Notes: generated by a model from the sequence alone, not told the origin. 64,000 nucleotides of DNA from Eledone cirrhosa (GCA_964016885.1 OZ024747.1:77748001-77812000), one strand, 5' to 3'; numbered from the stretch's first letter, positions 12,588-26,359 are shown. A program made the numbers and translations.

Positions 12588-12639
12588 CTGAAAAGAAAAA
12601 ATACAACAAAAATGTTAAAATTATATTACATGTGCTTTA

Positions 12640-12895
12640 TCATCATCATCACCATTTAACGTTCATTTTCCACGTTAGCATGGGTTAGACAAACTGTCCT
12701 GTTATGAGACAAGCCAGATTAGATGACTATGTCATCTCATGTTTCTAGCTTGGTTTCTACAGCTGGATGCCCTTTCTAACGCCAACCACATTTGCAGTGT
12801 GTACTGGGTGCTTTTTGTCGTGACACCTACATAACCATTTTACAGTGTGGGCTGGGCACTTTTTGTCATGTCACCAACAGAACCACTTTACAGTG
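12640..12895 (-). mobile_element. RTE-tail SINE-like fragment in PSMB3 intron 5
   Basis: (CAT)n tail, GCATGGGTTAGAC, TTTCTACAGCTGGATGCCC and about 45-bp subrepeats. Confidence 0.75.
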
Positions 12896-13029
12896 TAGTT
12901 ATGAGTTCAAATCACATGAGTGAAATAAACCAACATGTTGAGACTCACTGCTAGCTACAAAACTACTCAGCTTGCCTGGCTGACAGTAATTCTATCAATA
13001 CTTCACATGATGGAAAAGTACCCTGACCA

Positions 13030-13238
13030 GCCTGTGAGGTGGTCATTTTGGTGCCATGATAAAAAGCCCACTGTCCACACTGCAAATATGGTTGGTGTTA
13101 GGAAAGGAGTCCAATTATAGAAACCAAGCCAGAAACAGTTCTGTATGAACAAGATATAGTCATCTGAATAATAAAAAACTGACTTGGACTATGTCCAACC
13201 CATGCCAACATGGAAACTGGAAATATTATGATGATGAC
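13030..13238 (+). mobile_element. RTE-tail SINE-like fragment in PSMB3 intron 5, opposite orientation to 12640-12895
   Basis: GGTTGGTGTTAGGAAAGG..TAGAAACCAAGCC..CCAACCCATGCCAACATGGAAA..(GAT)n. Confidence 0.7.
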
Positions 13239-13558
13239 TTCACAGTTAATTAATAATGCTAGAGGAGAGCTTTAAAACTAACTTTTCACTAATTTACAAA
13301 TATTGAAAATCATGGGCAGTTCTTTAATTAGAAATATGATAATGATCTCTCCCTGTTGCTATGGCTATGGCTTTGATAGATCTGCCCTAACAGCCTACTA
13401 CCACTTATCTGAAACTTTTGTCATCACATTTGTGAGGCTAGCAAACATTCACATCCAGTTTGAATGAGTGCTTTAGTTGAGGAAGACTATACAGTATAAG
13501 ATTTAATCAAGTTATTACTGACTGTAAGTAATGTGTATAAAGGTTTAGAATAACTTAC

Positions 13559-13653
13559 ATAAGGTATACTATAATACCCCATCCTGACAAGGCATCTCTA
13601 TCAACTGCATTCAAGATAGCTTGAGAGGTAGTTTCAAACAGGTCTTCTGGTTC
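13559..13653 (-). CDS. PSMB3: Proteasome subunit beta type-3, exon 5
   Basis: tttcag acceptor; [31 protein letters not shown](I); GTAAGT donor; 95 nt. Read in a different frame from the ORF track entry. Confidence 0.95.
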
Positions 13654-14589
13654 CTGAAACAACAAATAAACAAAATGGATTTAAATAAAGGAATGACAAA
13701 TGAGAGAAATAAAATGCTTCTTTGAAAATGATTGTCAATGAAAACAGTATAATATCTGAAGAACATGAAGAAACATGGCCTATCAATGTCTACTAAAACC
13801 AACCATGGAACATGCTGGACAATACTATATATAATATACATCACACATCTGTATGCCTATGTAGTAAGATGCCTCACACTCCTTGATAGAACAACGCCAG
13901 AAAGAAAAGACAGACAGCCACTGGAAAGCCGACGGATCACACGCAAGAAACCAGCCTCTGTACAACACCATTGTTTGTGCTACATCAAAAAATAAACGTA
14001 TATTTCATGTCTAATTTCTGCTGTTGAAATAATTATTATGTCACTCGTATCTCGATAACATCTATAACTAATACTGCTAAACCTATATATTTATTTGTCT
14101 GAATGTAACTTTTTATAAAATCTCTCTTTCCCTCTTCTCTGACTTTACTAACAATTCCTCTCTAATCTACTGTTGTGTCCAGTTACTAATACAAACTGTC
14201 TCCAATAATAAAGAGATTAAATATACACCGGCTTAGTGTTCACTGATGTAAACTAGTATTTTGGTTGTTCAATATCCAACAAAGAAAACAGTGAGAATAC
14301 TGCATAATAACTAATTACTCTTTCATTATCGAGTAGTATTAAGTTTAAATCTTCCCAGAAAGATCATTTAATGTCTATTTTCCATGCTTGGATGAGTTAG
14401 ACAGGTTGTCACATTCTGACATTATCTAGCAGGACAAAGTTTAAATGTTCCCATAGGATTTTAGCCTAACACGGTGAAAATCCAGGAGCTTTTTATCATG
14501 GCACCATTATGTTTACAGATATTTCATTTTTGATTCAGTATTAATTTGAGTGACACCAAAATGCACCCACTTCAACCTGTCAGTCACTT

Positions 14590-14833
14590 TAGTGCCATGA
14601 TAAAAAACAACCAGTCCACACTGTAAAGTGGTTATGTTGGTGTCATGACAAAAAGCTCCCAGCACACACTGCAAATGTGGTTGGCGTTAGGAAGGACATC
14701 CAGCCATAGAAACCAAGCCAGAAACAGTTCTGTAGAGCAAGATACAGTCACCAGATCTGACTTGTATCATGAGACAACTTGTCTAACCCATGCTAGTGTG
14801 AAAAAATGGACGTTAAACTGTGAGGAAGATGAC
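14590..14833 (+). mobile_element. RTE-tail SINE-like fragment in PSMB3 intron 4
   Basis: GTGGTTGGCGTTAGGAAGGACATCCAGCCATAGAAACC..TCTAACCCATGCTAG..GGACGTTAAA; reverse-complementary to 12650-12870. Confidence 0.75.
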
Positions 14834-14914
14834 AATGTATCAATCCATGCCACATCCCTAAGACCTAAATAAGGTGGACTGTAATTATATAGTTACAAAA
14901 TAGAAAGAACGTAC

Positions 14915-15092
14915 CATATCTGGTCGCCATAATGACTCACACATGCCGTACATTTGTTCTGAACAAGTTCCACTCACAACAAAGTCATTAGGGACCATAG
15001 GGCAACCAATCAAGTCCATAGATGCAATGAAAGGCTCGTTTGAAATGGGATCTAATCCAGCAATGACAGGTTCAACAAAGTAAGGACCAAAC
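14915..15092 (-). CDS. PSMB3: Proteasome subunit beta type-3, exon 4
   Basis: (R)[59 protein letters not shown]; tttcag acceptor, GTACGT donor; 178 nt. Confidence 0.97.
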
Positions 15093-15464
15093 CTGAAAAA
15101 AGGAAAATATTTCACAAATTATAATCACATAACTCACAATTACATGTAGTAATGAAATTTCAGTTTAGGAATTGTTCATGACTGATACATGTTTTATCTC
15201 CAGAAGAATGAACTGCTTAGTCAAGATTTCTTATATAATCTTATCTTTGATCCTGGAAAGTCCGTTGTTCGGCATAGGCCTTCCCCGAACTGCACCACCT
15301 TTGCTAATCTTGAGCCGTGTGTGGCCAAAATGTTTCTTTATTGGCTGAGTAGTCACATTTGGAGCATATCGCCCCTACCCAAGAACGATGTGGTTGGGCC
15401 TTGATGACCCAACAGAAATGGCCAATGAATGAGTTGTGGCATGTAACAAGGAGAGCTGTCATTC

Positions 15465-15730
15465 CAGCTTTTTTGTTGTGGCACCAAAACAACCATTTAA
15501 CAGGGTTGACTATGTGCTTTTTTGTCGTGTCACCAGCATGACCACCTTGCATAATGTACTGGGAGCATTTTGTAGTAGCAAGAGCACTTTACAGGATGGA
15601 GTGGATGCTTTTTTTGTGTCACCAGTTCAACCCACTTAAAGGATTGACTATATGCTTTTTTTGTTGTGTCACCAACATGACCACCTTACAGGCAGGATGG
15701 AATGGGTACTTAGTTGCCATATCACCAGAT
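15465..15730 (-). repeat. Degenerate array of about 45-bp units related to the RTE/SINE 3' UTR subrepeat
   Basis: Recurrent GCTTTTTTGT.GTG(T/G)CACCA..A.CAC.TT.CA units. Confidence 0.6.
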
Positions 15731-15927
15731 CATCATCTGGAGTGGACTTTGTGATTTTATTTTTTAAAACAAAAACCTCATTAACACTCAAGTATTACCA
15801 TATTAATTTCACACAATGAAGGTACTGGTACTATCATTTTTGATACCAAGCCACCAGAAACTGCTCATAATTCTGTGATAAAATACTGTTTGTTTTAAAA
15901 TGTTCATATCTAAAAAACAACACTTAC

Positions 15928-16035
15928 CTTCTTTCATAAAGTAAATTAGACACCATCGACATCAAAGTTTTTGGCTTTATTTTCCGGTTTTCCTTTAATT
16001 CGTACAAATTCAATCGGAATTTTAACCGCTGACTC
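15928..16035 (-). CDS. PSMB3: Proteasome subunit beta type-3, exon 3
   Basis: tttag acceptor; (V)[35 protein letters not shown](R); GTAAGT donor; 108 nt. Not in the ORF track. Confidence 0.95.
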
Positions 16036-17251
16036 CTAAATTATAAAGAAGAAAAAAAACCACTTCAATATAAAACAAACAACAAATAATTAATATGTGT
16101 CATAATTAAAACACTTAACTTTCTGAGCAATGTATAATCTTTTACACACTTCAAAATATATAAATGGCTATCTTACTTAAACAAAATTGTCAAATCTTGA
16201 GTTCCTATGTTAACTTTTTCGTTATAAAACTTTGTTTTAAAGTGTTTATAATTTATCTAAAAACCTATCATAATTTCATCTAAGAAGCTTTATGTTACGT
16301 CTTAACACCAGATAAATAATGAGAAAGTTATAAGCAGATGATGACAAACACATGAAAACACAGTTACATACAGTATATGAGTTCACTAAAGGAATTTATA
16401 TGAAATTCAGGTTAGAAATCGCTGCCAAGGCAAATATAACCTTTTTCATACCAAACTTCCCTGACACTGACCCTGGTTCTACCACTATTAAGATGATCAT
16501 TTTAAAATGTTTACATTTATCTAAAATCTTCAATCATAATTATATGTAAGAGACTATGCTAACTTTTGTTCCAAACATTAACCTGATAACGAGAAAGTTA
16601 GCTATGTTCCTCAAAATTCTTGATTATTTAAAAGAATTATTTTGAAAAAATCATAAGCCGTGTCTTTCATTAGAAATATGACAATGACAGGATTAAAGCT
16701 TGGTCATCTAAATTGATTTCTTATAACAGTCTAGGGATGGTGTTACAATGAAATGTACCCAGTACACAGTGTAAAATTGCAGTGCTGGGATAATAAAATG
16801 CAAAAACTCTATGTTGTGTACCCAATGTATAAAGTGGGAGTACACAACTGGTGCAGAAGGATTGCAGAGAAAGATTTTATATGTAATTGCTGCACAGTAG
16901 TAGTTAATAGTAAGACTACACAAGAAAGAAAGTCTTATGTGCTCAGAAGGAAGCCCTGAAAATGGATATGGATACAACCCTTACCTCTCTGATAAAGGCC
17001 TATTAACTCTTAACTAATATTGATTTAGCAGTAAATATATAAAGATAGTTTGTTTGTTGTTTTTTAAATTCAGATGTTTATAAAATATTTACTAGTGAAG
17101 ATATTGTGAAAATTTACTGTAAACTAAAGTGAAGATGCCAATTTTTCATGTGATGCAACCATAGGGCTGCTTTAAACATTTCAAGAATGTTTTGCTAATG
17201 TGGTTTCATGCAGTATAGGACATGAATAGTTGTTAACAATAAGGTACTTAC

Positions 17252-17439
17252 ACAGTCTGTACATCTGTTGCTAGACCAGGTAAACCGATGAATAGACGTG
17301 GTCCCATTTTGAATATTTTCTGAAATTTGGTGTTAACTGTGAGAGAGCTCTGTATTCCTAGACGACGATCAGCAGCAATAGCGACACACTCCTTTCCCTT
17401 CATTGCCAGTATGGCAGAGCCATTGTAAGTCAGAATACT
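17252..17439 (-). CDS. PSMB3: Proteasome subunit beta type-3, exon 2
   Basis: ttgcag acceptor; [62 protein letters not shown](V); GTAAGT donor; 188 nt. Confidence 0.97.
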
Positions 17440-18087
17440 CTGCAATTGAAACATAACAGCTTTGGTTATAATATATATAAACTACATAATATAACAACTG
17501 CAGTTTGATAACGTCTGTCTTCCCCATTAGGGGCTATTAAGGTCCTGTTATGTAAGCCAAGTTTATAAGGATGGGTGGTCTGTGTTTCATTTGCCAAATT
17601 TAGAGGGTCAGTTCGGTTTGGTTTGGCAGGAATCATGGGTACAGGTTGACGCTCGGTGGAGGGCGTTTGCTGAAGGTTAGTAGACTGATTGGTGCAATAA
17701 CGGTATTATAGATCAGGATCATACCAGTTTACATTAGTAAGACCATAATTCAGCAGAGTACTTTATGCTTGTGATAGTAGTGTAAATACAGTAGAAAGTC
17801 AGGACCCGGTGGCTGAGCTCTTGCTGTTTCGACAGCAAATTCCAGGTGTCTGGAATCTGCTGTCAAAACGGTAAGGTCATGATATCGCCTGGCTTTCTGC
17901 CGTCCCCTTGGTTCAGCTCTGTAGAATAGAGCTGGGATGGGAAGCCTGTGGCAGCCAAGCCATGCTGTATGAACTCCTTAAGAGCAGCATGGCATGAGAG
18001 GCAGCCAAAAATGTGAGTTCACAGTGGGTCTACAGCGGCATTTGTGTAGCTTGCAGATCCGAAGAAGTTGGAATCTCGAGTAGATGT

Positions 18088-18500
18088 CTCTTCTTCTTCG
18101 CCCACTTATTCCTGAGAGGGACGTGGAAGCAGAGTCCTCAAACACTCCTTCAGGCAAGTTCTGTCAGAAGCAACCGTTTCCAACTGATTCAGCTGGATCC
18201 TCAAGCGAGACCATCCAAGATCATAGATGTTATCCAACCATCTTGCTCGAGGTCTTCCCCTGGGTCTCCAGCCGGTTGGTTTTGTCCGTAAAATCTGCCC
18301 AGCGATTCTTTCAAATTGGATAAGTAGCGGCTCTACTTGTAGTGACTCTCTGATTTCTGAGTTGTGCACTCTCTTGAGTAACGTTACTCTAAAAACCCTT
18401 CAGAGCAACCACATTTCGGCCGCTTGTATTCGCGATCGTATTTTTTCGGTCCCTATTCAAGATTCAAGACCATAGGTAAGGGTTGGCATGAATACCAATA
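18088..18500 (-). mobile_element. RTE-clade LINE 3' fragment of a second family, in PSMB3 intron 1
   Basis: ORF 18106-18369 has NSEIRESLQVEPLL..RPRGRPRARWLDNI; upstream PTLTYGLES motif near 18460-18490; (GAA)n tail near 18090. Confidence 0.8.
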
Positions 18501-19813
18501 ATTATCTGTCATGCAATATTCTGAATTCACATTTACCACAGGACGGCAGTTTTTTTTATAAAAGGGAGATAATAATTGATTTAATACGCAAGGTGCGTAA
18601 TCCAAAATGAACGAAACGAAATATATCCTTAGTAACAAGATACATTTGAAAATAAAATTAAATGATTTACTAACCAATATTTCAAATTTATAATATAAAT
18701 AAATTTCACAATAAAGGTTTTTCTTTTTTTTTTAATAGATTTTAATTGATCACAATTCACTGAGTCCCAACTCCAGAGTATTTTCCCGTTATATAGATGA
18801 ATATTATTTAATGTATTAGTGAAAAGACCATTTTTTAAAAACTAGAGTTATTTTAATTGAAGTCTTTCTCATTCTGATTGCTGGTATTTATTTCAATGAA
18901 CTTCACAAATTGAATACGAAATGTCACTTTGTTTGACAGCCAAACGTATTGTTCTTCAACTCGATAGAGGAAACACTTGGCCATCTATTATACTGTACAC
19001 GTTTTCTTGTTTTTCCCCTCCCTTTATCTCATTTTAGTGATTAGTTTCTTTTGCAAATTACAATATAACTAGAATTGTTAAATTATATATTTAATATATA
19101 TTATTTTGTAAATTATATATTTAATAAATCTTTAATTACAATCAACCCTCTAGTAATCCTTACATTTTAAACCTCAAACACAAACGAGCGCAGTTTCTTA
19201 ATACTATTTGATCCTAAATAACTTCTCTTTTTCTTGTGAATAATAAATATATTTCTTATTTTTACGTGTAAAGTATCTTTTTAAAGCACACAGCTACACT
19301 ATGCTTATTAATTGTTCGAATAAGTTTTTTTTTAATGTCAGTTCGTTCTAACGGAGTTCCAAACTAATGTCTAACTAATTTTTTAATTGACTAAATTAAT
19401 TGTTGTCTCTGAAGTTGATAATCTCTAGGAAATCGATTCCAGTTTCCAATCAGATAGATAATTCCAAGATTGTTGCTTTCGAATACAATAGTTTTAGATG
19501 GAGTTTCCTCGATTTCTTGTACAATGCTAAAATAACATTCATAACCAAATTATATATTGATATTAAGGGAAACAACACACATACAGGTAAAAATTACAAA
19601 ACGAAATAATAATTAATAACGATAATTTGAATATAAAAATGAAGCAAATACGAAATTCAGATTTAATTTGAGTGAATCACGTTTTAATAGATTAACAAAA
19701 AAAAACAGTCATAATATAATTATCAATAAACAATAATTCAGTAATCAATTTAAATGATGCAACATTATCTTCCTTTCAAAATAAAATAAAGTCAAAGCAA
19801 TAATTAAACTTAC

Positions 19814-19816
19814 CAT
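19814..19816 (-). CDS. PSMB3: Proteasome subunit beta type-3, exon 1 (initiator ATG only)
   Basis: Minus strand ATG|GTAAGT; phase 0 joins to SILTYNG, giving 621 nt / 206 aa in total. Confidence 0.8.
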
Positions 19817-20204
19817 AATTCTCTCAGTGACAATGAATTAAAATTTTGATAAAACAGGAAAATCGCAAAGTAATGCCGTGTGACTGTCTCTGGTTTCATA
19901 ACACAGAAGAGTGTATCAAGGAAAGACAACTCTGCGTTCCCGTACGATTTTATCTATAAAAACACACGCATCTGTTATATTTCACCCCTATTTATTATTA
20001 TAATTTTCTAGTCAGTTTATCTATTTAATTTTTCTGGTATGAATCCTTGGAGTGTGACCGTGTATAAATCACATTTAAATCAATTATATCAACACTGGTA
20101 TTTGTTTTGATTGATCTCAGTTTCTCGAATTGGTAAGTTCCGCGACATGAAGGGTCACAACACTAGTGTTTAGACTGATGTAAATACACACTCCCTTACA
20201 TACA

Positions 20205-20515
20205 TAATAATGAAATTATTGTGTACAGTGCTCAGGTGCACTACAACTCATCAAAGGTACATGTATAGTACATAGAATAATGTACAAATGGCAGGAAAAT
20301 GAACAGTGTATGAGTCATGATATAATAATAATAATAATGAAATATTGTGTACAGTGCCTAGGTGCACCACAACTCATCAAAAAGTGCATGTACAGTACAT
20401 AGGGCAATGCACAAACATCAGGAAAATGAACAGTGCACGAGTCATGATACACACGTGTGCATGTGTATGGAAGGGGTACATCAGGTGTAGTTTTGGCGTA
20501 TTTCGGGAAGCATGA
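20205..20515 (+). repeat. Two tandem copies (about 130 bp) of an interspersed repeat; inverted fragment at 26440-26508
   Basis: AATAATGAAAT..TTGTGTACAGTGC..AGGTGCAC.ACAACTCATCAAA at about 20207 and 20333; reverse complement near 26455-26505. Confidence 0.7.
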
Positions 20516-20980
20516 GTGTATATATATATATATGTGAGTGTGTGTGTGCTAGTGGGTTTGTTCACCTTTCCTGCCAAATTTTCATGACACTTCCCCTTCA
20601 TTTGTAATTATACCCTCCAATCCCCCACTACCACCACCCAACCTTTTACATTTTCTCCAAATATAATAAATAAACTTATTAAATTTCTTTTGGTCTTGTC
20701 TCCACTGCAATAAGGATTAAACAATCTTTCCTATCGTAAAACATTGGTAAATTTTTATTTGTTTTTATCACACCCTTTCATCTGTACATACGATAAGCAA
20801 ACTCAAAATGGTAACAAGAACGAAATGAGACATTATTGTATTGTTTGTGGACGGGTCTTTCATGGGCTTTCAGGACTCAAAAGCTAGTTGAGAGCTCATG
20901 CCAGGAAGGAACAGACATAAAATGCAAGAAGTGGTCAAGCTTTGTATGGAGCCAGGCGACCTTCATATACACCCCCTTCC

Positions 20981-21052
<72 letters not shown>

Positions 21053-21056
21053 AAAG

Positions 21057-21101
<45 letters not shown>

Positions 21102-21104
<3 letters not shown>

Positions 21105-22441
21105 AAAGAAAATAAGGCGGCGGTCCCATCGGGGAAATGGCCATGCTCAGTGTGTAGGAAAGGCGTAGGTAGAAACTCCATTTTATGTCCCAAATGCAAA
21201 GTATGGGTGCATAAAAGATGTAGTGGGATCACAGGTAAGCTAACTAAGAACATAGATTTTACATGTGGCCGGTGCTCTGGTGCAATAAGTAGCAGCAAGT
21301 GCCCACAGAATACTAGCTCCTTCAACTGCGCAGAGGGTTCTATAGAAATAGTGGACAGCTTCCGTTATCTGGGTGACAAAATCAGCAGTGGGGGAGGGTG
21401 CTCTGAAAGTACAGTAGCTAGAGTCAGAACTGGATGGAAAAAGTTCAGAGAGCTTATACCACTATTAGCCGCTAGAGGGTTCTCCCTAAAAATGAAAGGC
21501 AGGTTATACGATGCCTGCATACGAACAGCAATGCTGCATGGCAGTGAGACCTGGGCATTGTGTGCAGAGGATATACGCAGACTAGAGAGGAACGAAGCTT
21601 GCATGCTCCGCTGGATGTGCAATAGTAATATACGTGAACGGCAAAGCATAAACGAACTAAGGAAAAAATTAGAAATAAGAGGGATCAGATGTTGTTTACT
21701 CGAGAGAAGGCTACGTTGGTACGGTCACGTGATGCGCATGAAAGACGACAGCTGTATAACAAAGTGCAGGGCAATAAAGATAGACGGTAGCCACGGAGTA
21801 GGCAGACCCAGAAAAACATGGGACGAGCTGATAAATTCCGACCTCACACGCTTACACCTCTCCAAGACAATGTCACTGGACCGAGACCTTTGGCGGTACT
21901 CAGTAATAGAGAAGACCCGCCTTACCTAAATACAAAGTAAAAACCTACTACAGTCAGTAGGCACCTCTATCAAAACACACCCCCGTCCCACCACCTCCAC
22001 CCCACCCACACCGCCCCTTTCAATGTAAAGTTATGTTGGTCCCACAACATCCAGGCCGAAACAAATGAGATCGTGTAGGTGTCACGACAAAAAACACACA
22101 GTCCACGCTGTAAATGTGGCCGTGTAGGCAACACGGTAAAAACCTCCCAGCCCCACACTGTAAATGTGGTTGGTGTTAGGAAGGGCATCCAGCTGTAGAA
22201 AACCCGCCAGACAGTCCACGCTGTAATGTGGCCGTGTAGGCAACACGGTAAAAACCTCCCAGCCCCACACTGTAAATGTGGTTGGTGTTAGGAAGGGCAT
22301 CCAACTGTAGAAAACCCGCCAGACAGTCCTATGCGAGCAAGACAACCACTCTTGCCTCAAGTGGGAAAACCCCCGTCCAAACCCATGCAAGCGTGGAACA
22401 CGGACGCTAAACCTGATGATGATGATGATGATGATGATGAT
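21102..22441 (+). mobile_element. Young 5'-truncated RTE LINE with open ORF remnant (21102-21929), 3' UTR and (GAT)n tail, inserted in (TA)n
   Basis: About 275 uninterrupted codons: PSGKWPCSVCRKGVG..CPKCKVWVHKRCSG..FRYLGD..LHGSETW..RRLRWYGHVMR..GRPRKTWDE. Confidence 0.95.
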
Positions 22442-22589
22442 ATATATATATGTATATATATATATAAACATGAGAAGAATTGAGTGTTGCGTGGTTGCAC
22501 ATGGGTTACATATGAAAAAAATAGTCCTTCATCAGTGATTTTCCAACCTTCATTGGTATTCCATCGCTTTATATATATATATATATATA

Positions 22590-23013
22590 TATTCCCACTT
22601 GAAAACAAATGCCTCACAAATGATATCGTATACAAATGCGATGTCATCTCAGGCACCGAGGATTGCAAAAAACTTACATCGGCATGACCTCCAACAACTT
22701 TAAGACCCGTTGGTATGCCCATACCCACTCCTTCAGCAGACCGGATAAATCAAATCAGACAACACTCGCCTCCTACGTTTGGGACCTCAAAAGGAACTCC
22801 ACCCCCTTCACGCTTAAATGGAAAATACTCCAGAAAGCGCGCTCTTACAACGGAGGACACAAGGGCTGCGACCTTTGTATTTCAGAGAGCTACAAAATTT
22901 TATTCGCCAAGGACCCGCTACTGAACAAACTCTCTGAACACTGCCCGAACTGCATGCACAAGAACTTTGCAACTTTCAAACACTTTAAGCCAGTGTTAAA
23001 GCCCGATGGCTAA
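22590..23013 (+). mobile_element. Penelope-like element GIY-YIG endonuclease fragment with one frameshift
   Basis: PLENKCLTNDIVYKCDV (one frame) then TYIGMTSNNFKTRW.AH..SF..TTLASYVWDLK..LKWKIL..CDLCISE..LLNKLSE.CPNCMH; the shift is at the A-run near 22667-22672. Confidence 0.85.
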
Positions 23014-23149
23014 AAACGACCTCCCCCTATTGGCCCTATACCTCCTCCCCACCCTACCCCCACCCCTCAACCTGAAATACGGCCACTATGGTTATGTGAG
23101 TACCTCTTTCGTATCTACATTTTCTGCCTGTAGAGGTGTTTTTATGTGC

Positions 23150-24920
<1,771 letters not shown>

Positions 24921-25386
24921 ATGTTTTTTTTGTGAATGTGTCTGTTGATTTTTGGCATATAGTTGATTAGTTTAAGAGAAGTTCGAAGATAATTGTAAGA
25001 TATGCACTCAGTATTTTGAATCTGTCTACAGAATTCTCTAAACCTTTGTCACTTAGTAGAACCTTAATGATTTTAGCTTTTAAAGAATCTCCCTTTTCTT
25101 TAATTCTATCGACCATGACTGACCCCCCACTGATCTTATAGACATCTGTTAGCTTAAGAGAAACTTAATGACAAGGAATGGTATGCCATCCGGAACCTGT
25201 TTATAGAATTCTGTCTGCCCTTGTTACTCTAAAAACATAAAAAAATAAAAATAAACTATAGCTTTGTAGAATTAGCTTTTAATGAATTCCCTCTTCTATC
25301 AACCAATGACCTACACCCATCCCACTCCCCACCCTCTCCTACCACTTGTAGAGACCTATAAATACCATTTTTATTTTTTGATACCC

Positions 25387-25437
25387 AGATTCCTGATGAT
25401 TTCTAAAGAATGAAACAGTTCTAGTCCTGTAGAATCT
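25387..25437 (+). ncRNA. Type I hammerhead ribozyme motif, probable Penelope pseudo-LTR
   Basis: AGATTC CTGATGA tTTC-taaa-GAAt GAAA CAG-ttctagtc-CTG TA GAATCT. Perfect 6-bp stem I, weak stem II, GUA triplet with cleavage predicted after 25431. Confidence 0.78.
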
Positions 25438-25519
25438 CATCTATATTAAAACTTTTATACTCTGCTATGTATTGAGTACCTTACTTACTGTGGTTACCTC
25501 CGATTCAACCCGGAATAAC

Positions 25520-25601
<82 letters not shown>

Positions 25602-26359
25602 GGGTGTTAAACATTTTATTACAATAAACAACACACACATGACAATCACTTTGTGCTAAACTTCTTTGGAAAATGGTAATTTAATATATTCCACCCTACC
25701 TCTTCCTCTCACAGTGTTGACTAGATGGTCAGAATTGAAATGGACAACTATCTATAGCTACCTGCTATAAATATAAAATCTCTGGCTTTCGATCTATGAT
25801 GGAAATTATTGTGAAATAGGAAGGATCTGTTGCAGTCAGATATGAGTCAAATAAGAGTTATTTCCCTTGCCTAAACGTTGTTATTTTGTTACCAACGTTT
25901 GTAGCGGCTAGCTTTTGCATCGATGCATTTGGGATTCAGTTCGTGGAAATCTTAATCGATAAAACGACAAACTGCTAATCAAAATATTCATTCATATTGT
26001 GTCACCAGCACTTTTCTATGTTCAAGATCGACGACGACACAAAACGTTGAAACACGCTAGTCTATTTAGCCGTAAATTATATACAGAGTTAGTTAGTTTT
26101 TCAGCTTTCTGCTGTAAGAAGTAAAATTACGGTAAAATAATAATCGTCACCAGATGAACCAGCACTTGTCCTGGAGAAACCGTCAGCTTATTCGTGCTTG
26201 TATACACACACACATACACAATGTCAGGACACTGCATCCTTTAAAACTCCATGCTTCCCCAAATTCGCCAACACTACACCTCATATCCCCCCCCCCTCCA
26301 TATACAGGTATGCGTGTGCATGGTATAACTCATACGATGTTCACTTACCTGACATTTGT

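Noticed and set aside
13765-13995. Possible decayed Penelope endonuclease C-terminus in PSMB3 intron 4
   Set aside because: Resemblance too faint to support without a profile search.
20898-21101. N-terminal extension of the 343-aa ORF
   Set aside because: Chance read-through across (CT)n(TA)n into the truncated RTE; not a host gene.
22470-22570. Minus-strand CTGATGA as another hammerhead
   Set aside because: No properly placed GAAA or closing stems found.
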